From positions 155,981-219,980 of the forward strand of contig JACPSJ010000001.1 in the NCBI GenBank assembly GCA_016193315.1: a DNA stretch of 64,000 nt, read 5' to 3'. A program made the position numbers and the translations under genes. Under the pieces are notes generated by a model. That model saw nothing but the letters and a program-made list of their open reading frames with translations. It was not told where the DNA came from and made no database searches. The first letter of the stretch is position 1; each line of letters starts with the position of its first letter. Below are positions 18,577 to 28,040 of the stretch, in pieces. This DNA comes from Candidatus Kerfeldbacteria bacterium. GTDB lineage: Bacteria > Patescibacteriota > Patescibacteriia > SBBC01 > CAIJZX01.

Positions 18577-19963
18577 TCTGATCGTCATCGGCGGCGGCTC
18601 AGCCGGGTTTGTCAGCGCCATCAAAGCTCGTTCCTTCGGCCTGAACGTTGCCCTTGTAGAAAAACACAAGCTTGGCGGCGAATGCCCGAACTACGCCTGC
18701 TTGCCATCCAAAGCATTGCTCCGCGCGGCCGAGATCTTATCACTGGCCGAACGGGCCGAGGAATTCGGTCTGACGATGAGCGGCGTCAGTGCATCACTAC
18801 CGGCGATGATGGCGATGAAGGACACCATCGTCAATAAGCTGACTGGCTCGCCGCGACTGGAACGGATGTTGGAGCGCCATGACATCAATCTGATCCGCGG
18901 AGAAGCTTTGTTTGTCGACCCGTACACTATTCAGGTCGGCCACAAACATTATTCAGCCAAGCAGTTCGTGCTGGCCAACGGTTCCGACCCGTTGATCCCG
19001 CCCGTTCCTGGTCTCAAGGAGGCCGGTTTCCTCACCAGCATTGACGCCAGTATGCTTCAGCACCAGCCGCCACGGATCGCTATTATTGGGGGCGGTGCAG
19101 TCGGGAGTGAATACGCACAGTTATTTATCCGGTTGCATTCGGAAGTTTGGTTGATTCAAAAAGGCGAACGTATCCTCGACCGTGAAGACCAGGAAACCTC
19201 AGCCGCCATTACCGAATCTTTCAAAAAACAGGGCGTGAACATTCTCACCAACGCCGAAGTGCTGACGGTCAAGAAAGATCAGACAAGCAAGCTCTTAACG
19301 ATTAGACGCGGCGCTGATGAACAATCCATTGCCGTCGATGAAATCTTGGTTGTGCCAGGACGCCAGCCGGATATCTCAGGCCTGCATCTGGAGAAAACTG
19401 GTGTTAGCTTGGATGAACGTGGCAAACTTGTTCTCAACGACTACCTTCAGACATCCCAACCGCACATCTGGGCGGCTGGGGACGTAGCTGGCCGAATGCT
19501 CTTTACCCACGTGGCCGCCTACGAAGGCGATATTGTCGGCTGGAATCTCACCCATCCCGATCAGCTCAAGAAACCCGACTATCGGGTCGTGCCCCGCGCC
19601 ACCTTTACTTCCCCAGAGATCGGAAGTGTCGGGCTGACAGAGGAACAAGCTCGGTTAGCAGGATATGACGTTGTCGCTTCATCCTATCCACTTAGAGTGA
19701 TGGGCCGAGGCATGACGGTCCATGAGACCGACGGCTTCATTAAACTCGTCGTTGACGCCAAGACTGAACAGATCCTCGGCGGACATATGGCTGGCAGCCA
19801 GGCCGGAGAAGTTATTCACGAAATCGCCTTAGCCATGCACGCCCGCGTGCCGATCACGACCCTGGCCACTATGATTCACGCCTTTCCGACCATGGCCGAG
19901 GCCGTCAGTTTCGTCAGCGAGCGCTTAGTTTCTCAGCGCGACAAGATTCGCGGAGCTGTCTAA
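18572..19963 (+). CDS. Class I FAD-dependent pyridine nucleotide-disulfide oxidoreductase (dihydrolipoamide dehydrogenase / mercuric-reductase-like core)
   Basis: GxGxxG FAD site (IGGGSAGF), redox-active GGECPNYACLPSK disulfide, second NAD GxGxxG (IGGGAVGSE), C-terminal HAFPTMAE dimerisation motif; lacks MerA C-terminal CC pair. Confidence 0.75.
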   Translation, partial: FDLIVIGGGSAGFVSAIKARSFGLNVALVEKHKLGGECPNYACLPSKALLRAAEILSLAERAEEFGLTMSGVSASLPAMMAMKDTIVNKLTGSPRLERMLERHDINLIRGEALFVDPYTIQVGHKHYSAKQFVLANGSDPLIPPVPGLKEAGFLTSIDASMLQHQPPRIAIIGGGAVGSEYAQLFIRLHSEVWLIQKGERILDREDQETSAAITESFKKQGVNILTNAEVLTVKKDQTSKLLTIRRGADEQSIAVDEILVVPGRQPDISGLHLEKTGVSLDERGKLVLNDYLQTSQPHIWAAGDVAGRMLFTHVAAYEGDIVGWNLTHPDQLKKPDYRVVPRATFTSPEIGSVGLTEEQARLAGYDVVASSYPLRVMGRGMTVHETDGFIKLVVDAKTEQILGGHMAGSQAGEVIHEIALAMHARVPITTLATMIHAFPTMAEAVSFVSERLVSQRDKIRGAV

Positions 19964-19979
19964 AAATCCAGACTTTCCA

Positions 19980-22319
19980 GTGCGAAACCGTCAACCACGC
20001 CTGCCACCTCCAAAGAATGATTCGCGTGGTCGTCCCCCGACCATACTTGTCGTGTTTGGCGCGACAGGTGACTTGATGGCGCGCAAGCTGATTCCCGCTC
20101 TTCGACACATGTTCACTAGTAAAAGCCTGCCCGAACGGGTCACCGTGGTTAGCACATCTCGGCTAGCAATGAATGATGGCGCCTTCCGCCTTCATGTCCG
20201 CGAAGCACTCTTGAAGTCCGGCAACGCACAAGCCGTTGATGAGCAGTTTCTCAACTTGTTTCAGTACCTCCCCGGAGATTTTTCCTCCCCGGAATTTTAC
20301 CAAGCCCTTAAGGTAAAACTTGATCAGGTGGATATTGACTGGGGCGTTTGTACGAACAAACTCTTTTATTTTGCGGTTCCGCCAAATGCGTACGCGGTCC
20401 TGTTCCAAGGACTGGCGCGGGTTCGCCTCAATGAACCGTGCAGCTCGGCCACCGGCTGGACGCGGATCCTCGTTGAGAAACCGTACGGGTCAACGCTGCC
20501 AGAAGCGGAAACAATCAACGCGCTGTTGGAAAAACATTTTCGGCCCGAGCAAGTGTATCGGATCGATCATTACCTAGGCAAGCAAGCCGTTCAGAATATT
20601 CTTTCGTTCCGCTTTTCTAACACCTTTCTTGAGCCGTCATGGAGCCGGGAGTTCGTTGAGCGGGTCGAGGTTCGGATTCACGAAAAGATAACGATCGAAG
20701 GTCGCGGTGCGTTCTACGACCAGGTTGGTGCACTGCTGGACGTCGGACAGAATCACGCGCTTCAGCTCTTGGCGCTGGTGGCCATGGAACACCCATCGAG
20801 CTTGAACGCCAACGTCATTTGGCAAAAGCGCACCGAAATCCTAGAGGCGTTGCGGCCGGTTACTGACTCAGCGGCGCAAACATTTCGGGCGCAGTACGAA
20901 GGGTATCGGGAGCAACCTGGCGTCGCGACAGATTCGACGACCGAAACGTTTTTCCGCGTCACCACTACGCTCGATCATCCCCGCTGGCGCGGCGTTCCGA
21001 TTATTATCGAGGGCGGAAAGAATCTGCCCGCGGACGACAAGCAGGTGATCGTCACGTTCAAACACCCCACCCCATGTCTGTGTCCGCCGGGGCAACACTA
21101 CCAGACCAAGGCCCACTTTCGCTTAGCCCCTAACCCGGGTGTAGCTATTCAGTTTTGGTCGCGCAAGTCAGGCTCTACGACCGAGCTTCAAGAACGGTGG
21201 CTCACGTTTGATTATCCAGCAGATGAGCAACAACGGTACCTGGCTGAGTATGCCCAGTTATTGTCTGAGGCGATCATGGGAAACCAGCTCCTGTTCATTT
21301 CCGGTCGTGAAGCCTTGGCGAGTTGGCGTTTTGTTGATCCGATCCGTCAAGCGTGGAAAACGATGGGGCGACCACAAACGTACGCGCCGCAAACGCTACC
21401 CAACACTCCGACAGTCCCAGCCAAAGAAAAAGTTCAGACGATCGGTATGGTAGGTTTGGGCAAAATGGGGCTCAACTTAAGTTTGCGTTTGGCGGAGAAG
21501 CGGTGGAGCGTGGCTGGATTTGATCCGCAAGCGAAATCTGTTCAAGGCGTCAGTGTCGTTGACTCACTGTCGAGTCTCGTCGAACAACTTCCGTCTCCAA
21601 AGGTGGTCTGGTTGATGGTCCCGCATCAAGTAGTTGATCAAACGCTTTTCGGTAAAGTCGGACTCGCGTCCTTACTCCATAAGGGCGACATCGTGATTGA
21701 TGGTGGTAACTCGTATTACCGAGACTCGATCCGGCGAGCGAAGAAACTAAGCATCAAAGGAATCAAGTTTATTGATGTCGGCGTTTCGGGTGGCCCCGGC
21801 GGAGCTCGTTACGGACCGTCGTTGATGGTTGGCGGACAGCGACAGGATGTCGAGCAGGTCGAGCATCTGTTTCTTGACCTCGCCTTGTCGGACGGTTACC
21901 AATTCTTTCCAGGTCACGGTGCCGGACACTTTGTGAAGATGGTCCACAACGGGATCGAGTATGGCATGATGCAGGCGGTTGCCGAAGGGTTCACGATCCT
22001 CAAAAAATCTTCATTCAAGCTGGACCTTGCCAAGGTTGCCGAGGTCTATAACCACGGGAGCGTCATTGAATCGCGGCTGATGGAGTGGCTACGCCGTGGC
22101 CTCGTACTACACGGCCCGGATTTCAAGGGAGTGAGCGGAACTGTAGCCCATACGGGCGAAGGCGAGTGGACTGTAAAAACCGCGAAAGCCTTAAAAGTCC
22201 AGACTAAGATTATTGAGGCATCGCTCCAATTCCGGAAACTGTCAGCAAAAAAACCTTCATACACTGCAAAAATTCTTTCAGCTCTTCGTGAACAATTTGG
22301 TGGACACGCCTCACGCTAA
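19980..22319 (+). CDS. zwf: Fusion protein: glucose-6-phosphate 1-dehydrogenase (N-terminal ~470 aa) plus 6-phosphogluconate-dehydrogenase-like NAD(P)-binding domain (C-terminal ~300 aa)
   Basis: G6PD motifs GATGDLMARK and RIDHYLGKQ; C-terminal domain GMVGLGKMGLNLSLRL and 6PGDH-like DGGNSYYRD...GVSGG blocks; single 779-aa ORF. Confidence 0.7.
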   Translation: MRNRQPRLPPPKNDSRGRPPTILVVFGATGDLMARKLIPALRHMFTSKSLPERVTVVSTSRLAMNDGAFRLHVREALLKSGNAQAVDEQFLNLFQYLPGDFSSPEFYQALKVKLDQVDIDWGVCTNKLFYFAVPPNAYAVLFQGLARVRLNEPCSSATGWTRILVEKPYGSTLPEAETINALLEKHFRPEQVYRIDHYLGKQAVQNILSFRFSNTFLEPSWSREFVERVEVRIHEKITIEGRGAFYDQVGALLDVGQNHALQLLALVAMEHPSSLNANVIWQKRTEILEALRPVTDSAAQTFRAQYEGYREQPGVATDSTTETFFRVTTTLDHPRWRGVPIIIEGGKNLPADDKQVIVTFKHPTPCLCPPGQHYQTKAHFRLAPNPGVAIQFWSRKSGSTTELQERWLTFDYPADEQQRYLAEYAQLLSEAIMGNQLLFISGREALASWRFVDPIRQAWKTMGRPQTYAPQTLPNTPTVPAKEKVQTIGMVGLGKMGLNLSLRLAEKRWSVAGFDPQAKSVQGVSVVDSLSSLVEQLPSPKVVWLMVPHQVVDQTLFGKVGLASLLHKGDIVIDGGNSYYRDSIRRAKKLSIKGIKFIDVGVSGGPGGARYGPSLMVGGQRQDVEQVEHLFLDLALSDGYQFFPGHGAGHFVKMVHNGIEYGMMQAVAEGFTILKKSSFKLDLAKVAEVYNHGSVIESRLMEWLRRGLVLHGPDFKGVSGTVAHTGEGEWTVKTAKALKVQTKIIEASLQFRKLSAKKPSYTAKILSALREQFGGHASR

Positions 22320-22488
22320 GTGACATGCCCTTCATAAGAGCGGCGGCGCCCCGCAGAGCGGGGCACGAACCCCCTCGGGCGGCGGGCGGGCGGCCAGCAG
22401 GAAATCGACCGACCGAGAGATCGGCCGCCGACGACTTGGTCACATCCAAGAAAATACATGAACCCGCTAAACCTGCTATACTCCGTGA

Positions 22489-23742
22489 GTGCAAAGTCCC
22501 GTTTCTGGTCCCCCGTCATTCTACGGTCTCGGCATCGCGCCGCGGCTGCTTGAGGTCCTCGATCGGTTGCGCTTCACCGTCCCGACTCCGATCCAGCAGC
22601 GCTCGATTCCCATCGCCATTGAAGGTAAGGACATGATCGGCGTGGCCCAGACTGGCACCGGCAAAACCCTGGCCTTCGGCCTACCGATGGTCCAGCGCCT
22701 GGCGGCGGTCAAAGGTCGGGGACTGGTGCTCCTGCCGACCCGCGAGTTGGCCATTCAGGTTGATGAAACGCTGCATCAGCTCGGGCGCAGCTTTGGTTTA
22801 CGGACGGCCGTGCTGATCGGCGGCGCCTCGATGCATCTGCAAATCCAACAACTGAAAGCCAAGCCGCACATAATCGTCGCCACACCCGGCCGCCTCAACG
22901 ACCATCTCCAGCAAGGCACGGCTCATTTGGACCAGGTGAAAATCCTGGTGCTCGATGAGGCCGACCGGATGCTCGACATGGGTTTTGCCCCGCAGATCAA
23001 CCGGATCATCGGGAAACTACCATCCGATCGTCAAACGTTGCTATTCTCGGCCACCATGCCGAGGGAAATAGTGGCCATCGCCAAACGCACCATGCGCCTG
23101 CCGTTGCGGGTGGAAGTGGCGCCGTCGGGGACGACCGTCGAACAGGTCGAACACGAACTGTTTATCGTCCCGAAACCGGACAAGGCTCGCCTGCTAGAAA
23201 AGCTCCTGGCCGAGTACCGCGGCTCGATCTTGGTTTTCACCCGGACGAAGTTCGGCGCCAAGAAACTGACTCGTCAGGTCAAGGGCTGGGGACACACGGT
23301 GGCCGAACTCCACTCGAACCGCAGCCTAAGCCAACGTCGGGCGGCCCTCGAGGGATTCAAGTCCGGGGCTTACCGGGTGTTGATCGCCACGGACATTGCC
23401 GCCCGGGGCATTGATGTGACCGGCATCGAGGTGGTCCTGAACTACGACTTGCCGACCCAAGCCGAAGATTATGTCCACCGGATCGGGCGAACGGCCCGGG
23501 CTGGCCGGCGCGGCAAAGCGGTTTCCTTTGCCCAACCAGAACAGCAACGGGACATCCACAACATCGAACGGTTAATCCGGTTGAAGATTCCGGTTGGGCG
23601 CTTGCCCGAACTTCCTGTCGGGCCGCTGCCGGGCTTTGCTCGTCGCGGGGAATCCGGTCATGGCGCCCACGCCTGGCGTCGTTCACCGGGGGCTCGCCAA
23701 TTCCGCGGCCGCCGATATCCGGGTAGATTCAGGCGTCGGTGA
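22489..23742 (+). CDS. DEAD-box ATP-dependent RNA helicase with Arg-rich C-terminal tail
   Basis: Q-motif, AQTGTGKT, PTRELA, DEAD, SAT, HRIGRTAR motifs all present. Confidence 0.85.
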   Translation: MQSPVSGPPSFYGLGIAPRLLEVLDRLRFTVPTPIQQRSIPIAIEGKDMIGVAQTGTGKTLAFGLPMVQRLAAVKGRGLVLLPTRELAIQVDETLHQLGRSFGLRTAVLIGGASMHLQIQQLKAKPHIIVATPGRLNDHLQQGTAHLDQVKILVLDEADRMLDMGFAPQINRIIGKLPSDRQTLLFSATMPREIVAIAKRTMRLPLRVEVAPSGTTVEQVEHELFIVPKPDKARLLEKLLAEYRGSILVFTRTKFGAKKLTRQVKGWGHTVAELHSNRSLSQRRAALEGFKSGAYRVLIATDIAARGIDVTGIEVVLNYDLPTQAEDYVHRIGRTARAGRRGKAVSFAQPEQQRDIHNIERLIRLKIPVGRLPELPVGPLPGFARRGESGHGAHAWRRSPGARQFRGRRYPGRFRRR

Positions 23743-23806
23743 TGATCGGATCGGTTTGCTTGCGACTCAGCGCGAATATCTTCGGCCGGCACACACGAAT
23801 GAACGC

Positions 23807-24523
23807 ATGACCGGCAAAGTCATTATTATTCGTGGACCTCTCGGTGTCGGGAAGTCGACCATCGGTCGGCATTTGGCGGCCGACCTTTCAAGTCTCTACG
23901 TCCCCCTCGACGATGTCTTAGCGGATCATGGGCTTGATCGCGTCCCGGCGGATGCCGAGTGTATTCCGGCCGAAAACTTTCTGCTAGTCCTTCGTAGTCT
24001 GCTTCCGAAATTACAACAGACTGTCGCGGCGGGGCAAAGCGTGGTTGTTGATGCTTGTTTCTACCATCGAGAGATGATTCAGTTCCTGGACACACACTTC
24101 CCCGGGCAGACAGCTGTGTTTACTCTCAGTGCTCCCGTCGAGATTTGCATTGCCCGTGACCGGGAACGGAGTAAGAGTCATGGCGAAGATGCTGCTCGGG
24201 CTGTTCATGACCTGGTTTCCAGATTTACAGCCGGCAAAAAAATTGACGCCACGAAATCCAAAAAGTCTATTCTCCAGGAGATCATGAAGAATCTTGCCCG
24301 CGGGGCCTGGAGGGCATATGAACGCCGCTGGCCACCCCAACCCACGGCGGATATTTCTGAAAATGAAAACGACCCGCCCGCAAAAAGCAAGAGTTTCACC
24401 CGGCCAATGAAAAAACGACCAGCCGAGAGGTTGGTCGTGGTGCCACCGGAGGAAGCCCGCCCGCCTCAGCGGATGACAGCCAGCTTGCCGGTGGCAATGA
24501 ACGAATCGAGTTGGAGTCGGTAG
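23807..24523 (+). CDS. P-loop NTPase / AAA-domain kinase-like protein
   Basis: Start moved to ATG 23807; Walker A GPLGVGKST; ~239 aa; acidic C-terminus. Confidence 0.5.
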   Translation: MTGKVIIIRGPLGVGKSTIGRHLAADLSSLYVPLDDVLADHGLDRVPADAECIPAENFLLVLRSLLPKLQQTVAAGQSVVVDACFYHREMIQFLDTHFPGQTAVFTLSAPVEICIARDRERSKSHGEDAARAVHDLVSRFTAGKKIDATKSKKSILQEIMKNLARGAWRAYERRWPPQPTADISENENDPPAKSKSFTRPMKKRPAERLVVVPPEEARPPQRMTASLPVAMNESSWSR

Positions 24524-25005
24524 AGGTAGATACCGACGGCGACGGACCGCCCGGACTCATCGCGGAGGTCCCAGTTCGTCCGATAGACGCCGGCGTGGAG
24601 CGGGCCGTGGACCAGCCGTTTCTGCCGCCGGCCCTGGAGGTCGAAAATCTCGAGCGAGGCGCGGGCTTCCTGTGCTGCGCCGAACTCGATAGTCAGCGAT
24701 CCGCGCGCCGGATTCGGCTGGGCTTGTCCGAGGAAATCGACCATCGTCACCCGCGGCCGGTCATTGACGTCGAGGAGCTGGTGGACGTTGCCCGCCCAGA
24801 AGCCGTGTTCGACGATCGTGCTGCCGCCCGGGGCCATGCTGATGCCGGAGATGACGTCGCCGACATTGCCATTGATCTCGTAGATGCCGCTGGCCATCAG
24901 TTGACCGCCGGCGGAGAAGAGGGATTTGGGCTGCACCGTTTGCGCGCTCGCTGTCGAAGCAGCCAGGAAGGCAGCGATGATGAGCGTGAAGACTCTGGTT
25001 TTCAT
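24466..25005 (-). CDS. Small secreted protein with T9SS (Por) C-terminal sorting domain
   Basis: Signal peptide; C-terminal ~80 aa matches Por_Secre_tail pattern (NPARGSLTIEF...LEIFDLQGRR...GVYRTNWD...GIYLYRLQ). Confidence 0.6.
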   Translation of the reverse strand: MKTRVFTLIIAAFLAASTASAQTVQPKSLFSAGGQLMASGIYEINGNVGDVISGISMAPGGSTIVEHGFWAGNVHQLLDVNDRPRVTMVDFLGQAQPNPARGSLTIEFGAAQEARASLEIFDLQGRRQKRLVHGPLHAGVYRTNWDLRDESGRSVAVGIYLYRLQLDSFIATGKLAVIR

Positions 25006-25024
25006 TGGAGCACCTCCTTACTGG

Positions 25025-25951
25025 TCACTGCTTTACCCAGACTTCGAGTTCAGTAGCCGATGAACCACTTGGATATGCCGCACCACAGAACTCAATCTGA
25101 CACTCTGGGTTTGGAGGTTGTTCTACTCCGTTGCAGGTGTATCCATAAGGGAAGTAGCTGTATCCAAGGTCCATCTGCTCATTGATGAACAGGTTGGGCC
25201 CGCCTCCAAAGCATGGCCCGCTGTTAATGTTGTGGTAGACGGACCAAGAACGAAGTTCTCCACCCTGTGAGTATTTCTTGTTGGACGTCAGGGAGAAAAT
25301 GAAGTTGTGTCCGTACGGCCGTAAACAACCGCCGGCGCAACTGCTCGTCCAAGCGATGTCGGTATAACCACCGATGGTGTATCCATTCACCAATTGCACG
25401 ACGGTCAGCGATGGACCGCGGTTGTCACAGAGATTATGAAACGTCGTCGGGCTGGCTCCGTTCACGCTCTTTCGATAGCACAGCGTCCAGGTCTGGAACA
25501 CATTGCCAACCCAGGAATTGACCTGAAATTGCTGTGCCGGTGTAAGGATTGTGCTCCCAGGAAACGGCTGTTCGGGGATACTGACAAGCCGTTCCGCAAC
25601 ACCCGCTCGCACCGCATACGGCACGCTGCCGATCTTCGTCCGTGGCGTGAGTTCCGTTCCGCCGTTGACGCTAATACCTAGCCAACGAACCGATCCATCC
25701 CAGACGCTCTGGTCCGGATTGAGGTTGAGGTGGTAGACGCCGTTCCGGACGCTGACACCGGCGAAGGTCTCGCTGTACAGCGCTGAACCACCAGTAGAAT
25801 CGGCGTAGACGCTGATCGTGAGGTCTCTGCTGCCCATGACTAGCGACCCACTCTCCGACAACTGTCCGGAGTATGGGATTTGAAGGGGGACGGCGAGGGT
25901 GATCACCGGGAGTAAGAGCCCCAGCAATGCCATTAAGATTGTGCGCTTCAT
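25025..25951 (-). CDS. Secreted protein, paralog 1 of a tandem family (conserved N-terminal IPYSGQLSE...NLNPDQSVWDGSVRWLGISVNGG..TPRTKIGSVPYAVRAG module; Cys-rich divergent C-terminal domain)
   Basis: Signal peptide; ~110-aa module shared with the next three genes at >70% identity (DNA-level repeat also visible). Confidence 0.6.
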   Translation of the reverse strand: MKRTILMALLGLLLPVITLAVPLQIPYSGQLSESGSLVMGSRDLTISVYADSTGGSALYSETFAGVSVRNGVYHLNLNPDQSVWDGSVRWLGISVNGGTELTPRTKIGSVPYAVRAGVAERLVSIPEQPFPGSTILTPAQQFQVNSWVGNVFQTWTLCYRKSVNGASPTTFHNLCDNRGPSLTVVQLVNGYTIGGYTDIAWTSSCAGGCLRPYGHNFIFSLTSNKKYSQGGELRSWSVYHNINSGPCFGGGPNLFINEQMDLGYSYFPYGYTCNGVEQPPNPECQIEFCGAAYPSGSSATELEVWVKQ

Positions 25952-25969
25952 TACCGACCTCCTTACAAT

Positions 25970-26758
25970 CTACTGGTAGCGGTTGGGGAACCACATCGCA
26001 AACATGCTGCGATAGGTGATTTTCACGGTTCCCGTAGGACAGAACAGCGAGGCCATGAGGTAGAACGTCCGCGGGCCAGCGTTCACCTGGTAGGACCCTG
26101 TCATGGCCAATGGAACGTAGGTCACCCCCGGCCCAGTAACGGCAGTATGGAAATCGCCGTTTAGGTTTGGGGGGTTATCCGTCAATATGAGGTTGAGGCA
26201 ACCTGCGTCGGTCAGCCAACACAGTCCCCCTGTGTGGACCATGACATACCCATCCTCTGGGCAGTTGATGGAGATGCTGTCAACAGCCGTCCATTGCGTT
26301 TGCGTGATAGTAAGAATGGTTGTGGTGTTAACCATCCAGTTCAGACCGGGCGCGATGGCCGGATTCGTCAGAGCATCCGCATGCGATGCCACGCCCGCCC
26401 GCACCGCATACGGCACCGTGCCGACCTTGGTCCTAGGCGTGAGTTCGGCTCCGCCGTTGACGCTAATACCTAGCCAACGAACCGATCCGTCCCAGACGCT
26501 CTGGTCCGGGTTGAGGTTGAGGTGGTAGATGCCGTTTTGGACGGTCGCGCCCGCGAAGGTTTCGGCGTAGACTGGTGATCCACCGACTGAATCGGCATAG
26601 ATGTTGATGGTGAGGTCCCGTGTCCCATTCACGAGTTGCCCATTCTCCGACAGCTGACCGGAGTATGGGATTTGAAGGGGGACGGCGAGGGTGAGGGTTG
26701 GGACGAGGAGTCCCAGCAGAACTGCGAGGTACATCCGTTTCATTGTTTCCTCCTTCAT
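25970..26758 (-). CDS. Secreted protein, paralog 2 of tandem family (same N-terminal module, different C-terminal domain)
   Basis: As above. Confidence 0.6.
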   Translation of the reverse strand: MKEETMKRMYLAVLLGLLVPTLTLAVPLQIPYSGQLSENGQLVNGTRDLTINIYADSVGGSPVYAETFAGATVQNGIYHLNLNPDQSVWDGSVRWLGISVNGGAELTPRTKVGTVPYAVRAGVASHADALTNPAIAPGLNWMVNTTTILTITQTQWTAVDSISINCPEDGYVMVHTGGLCWLTDAGCLNLILTDNPPNLNGDFHTAVTGPGVTYVPLAMTGSYQVNAGPRTFYLMASLFCPTGTVKITYRSMFAMWFPNRYQ

Positions 26759-26782
26759 GGTGAGCTTGTCGAACCATGCTAC

Positions 26783-27610
26783 CTACTGGTAGCGGTTGGG
26801 GAACCACAAGACCTGTATAGCATGTCGGCGGTACCGGTAGTTCTGATCTGTCAAATTCTCTTTCTTCGCCCAAACCGAGATGGTGTGCGGTCCTTGGACA
26901 ATAGGCTGCATCTGGGCAATAGAAACTGGGATGTACTGCCAATCAATGCCAGACGATGCGGCCCCCAAAAGATAGCCACCATCAAAGTCGGACGGTGTTC
27001 CTTCTTGGATGCGCAATCTTCCGAGATACCTGGACGAGGCGTCGAGAATGACGCTTCCAGATGCGCTCATGAAGAGGAATCCATCAGCTGGGCAGGTCAC
27101 GGTGATCGAATCAACCACCACCCACAAGATTGATGTGACATCGAAAGCTCCTTGTTCTGATCCAGAGTACCTGAAGCTGGCTCCGGGCAAAAGTGGCGCG
27201 TTCGCGACAGCATCTGCAGTACCCGCCCGCACCGCATACGGCACGCTGCCGATTTTGGTGCGGGGTGTGAGTTCTGCTCCACCGTTGACTGACACCCCGA
27301 GCCACCGAACCGATCCATCCCAGACGCTCTGGTCTGGATTGAGGTTGAAGTGGTAGATGCCGTTCTGCAGATTGACTCTGGTGAAGGTTTCGGTGTAGAT
27401 CGCCGCGCCACCGGTTGAATCCGCGTAGACGGCGATGGTCAGGTCCCGTGAGCCAGTGACCAGCGTCCCGTTCTCCGACAGCTGGCCGGAGTACGGAATA
27501 CCATTCGGAACCGCTCCTACAGCTGAAGGAAAACAGAACAGCAAAAGCACGGGTACCACCGACTTCATGAGTTTCATCAGCATTCCCCTTTTCGTGTTGT
27601 CAAGGAGCAA
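26783..27610 (-). CDS. Secreted protein, paralog 3 of tandem family
   Basis: As above. Confidence 0.6.
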   Translation of the reverse strand: MLLDNTKRGMLMKLMKSVVPVLLLFCFPSAVGAVPNGIPYSGQLSENGTLVTGSRDLTIAVYADSTGGAAIYTETFTRVNLQNGIYHFNLNPDQSVWDGSVRWLGVSVNGGAELTPRTKIGSVPYAVRAGTADAVANAPLLPGASFRYSGSEQGAFDVTSILWVVVDSITVTCPADGFLFMSASGSVILDASSRYLGRLRIQEGTPSDFDGGYLLGAASSGIDWQYIPVSIAQMQPIVQGPHTISVWAKKENLTDQNYRYRRHAIQVLWFPNRYQ

Positions 27611-27623
27611 CAGCAGGAATCTG

Positions 27624-28040
27624 CTAGCTCCTGGACAGCGTGTCCCAAAGCACTCTCAACCTACCCTTCTCAAATAATATGTCAAGGGATGGTACAATCA
27701 TTTCATGGCTGGTGTCATACCTGAAAAGGTCAATCAAGAACAGCGGCGAGCCACCGTTGACTGAGATAGCTAGCCAACGATCCGAGCCGTCCCACACTGT
27801 CGTTGAGACGTTAAGCATCACGTGGTAGACGCCGTTGACGACGTTGAGCACGTCATCTTGGCTGTACACCGGCGAACCACCTGCAGGCACGGGATAGATT
27901 CGGAACGTGAAACTGCGCGTCCCGTTGACGAGTTGCCCGTTTTCGGTCAGTTGCCCGGAGTACGGGACTTGGGTGGGGACGGCGAATACAACTGCCGGTC
28001 CGGACAACAGCAACAACGCGAACATGAGCTTGCGAACCAT
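27624..28040 (-). CDS. Secreted protein, paralog 4 (short; N-terminal module only plus short tail)
   Basis: 138 aa; signal peptide; module VPTQVPYSGQLTENGQLVNGTRSFTFRIY... Confidence 0.5.
   Translation of the reverse strand: MVRKLMFALLLLSGPAVVFAVPTQVPYSGQLTENGQLVNGTRSFTFRIYPVPAGGSPVYSQDDVLNVVNGVYHVMLNVSTTVWDGSDRWLAISVNGGSPLFLIDLFRYDTSHEMIVPSLDILFEKGRLRVLWDTLSRS

Noticed and set aside
18572-19963. Mercuric reductase MerA call
   Set aside because: Core class I disulfide reductase motifs are present, but the NmerA domain and the C-terminal vicinal Cys pair diagnostic for MerA are absent. Annotated generically instead.
23594-24523. Track ORF start at 23594 overlapping the DEAD-box helicase 3' end
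   Set aside because: The upstream 70 codons overlap the helicase Arg-rich tail in another frame. A start at ATG 23807 gives a compact P-loop protein with the Walker A motif at residue ~12, which is more plausible.
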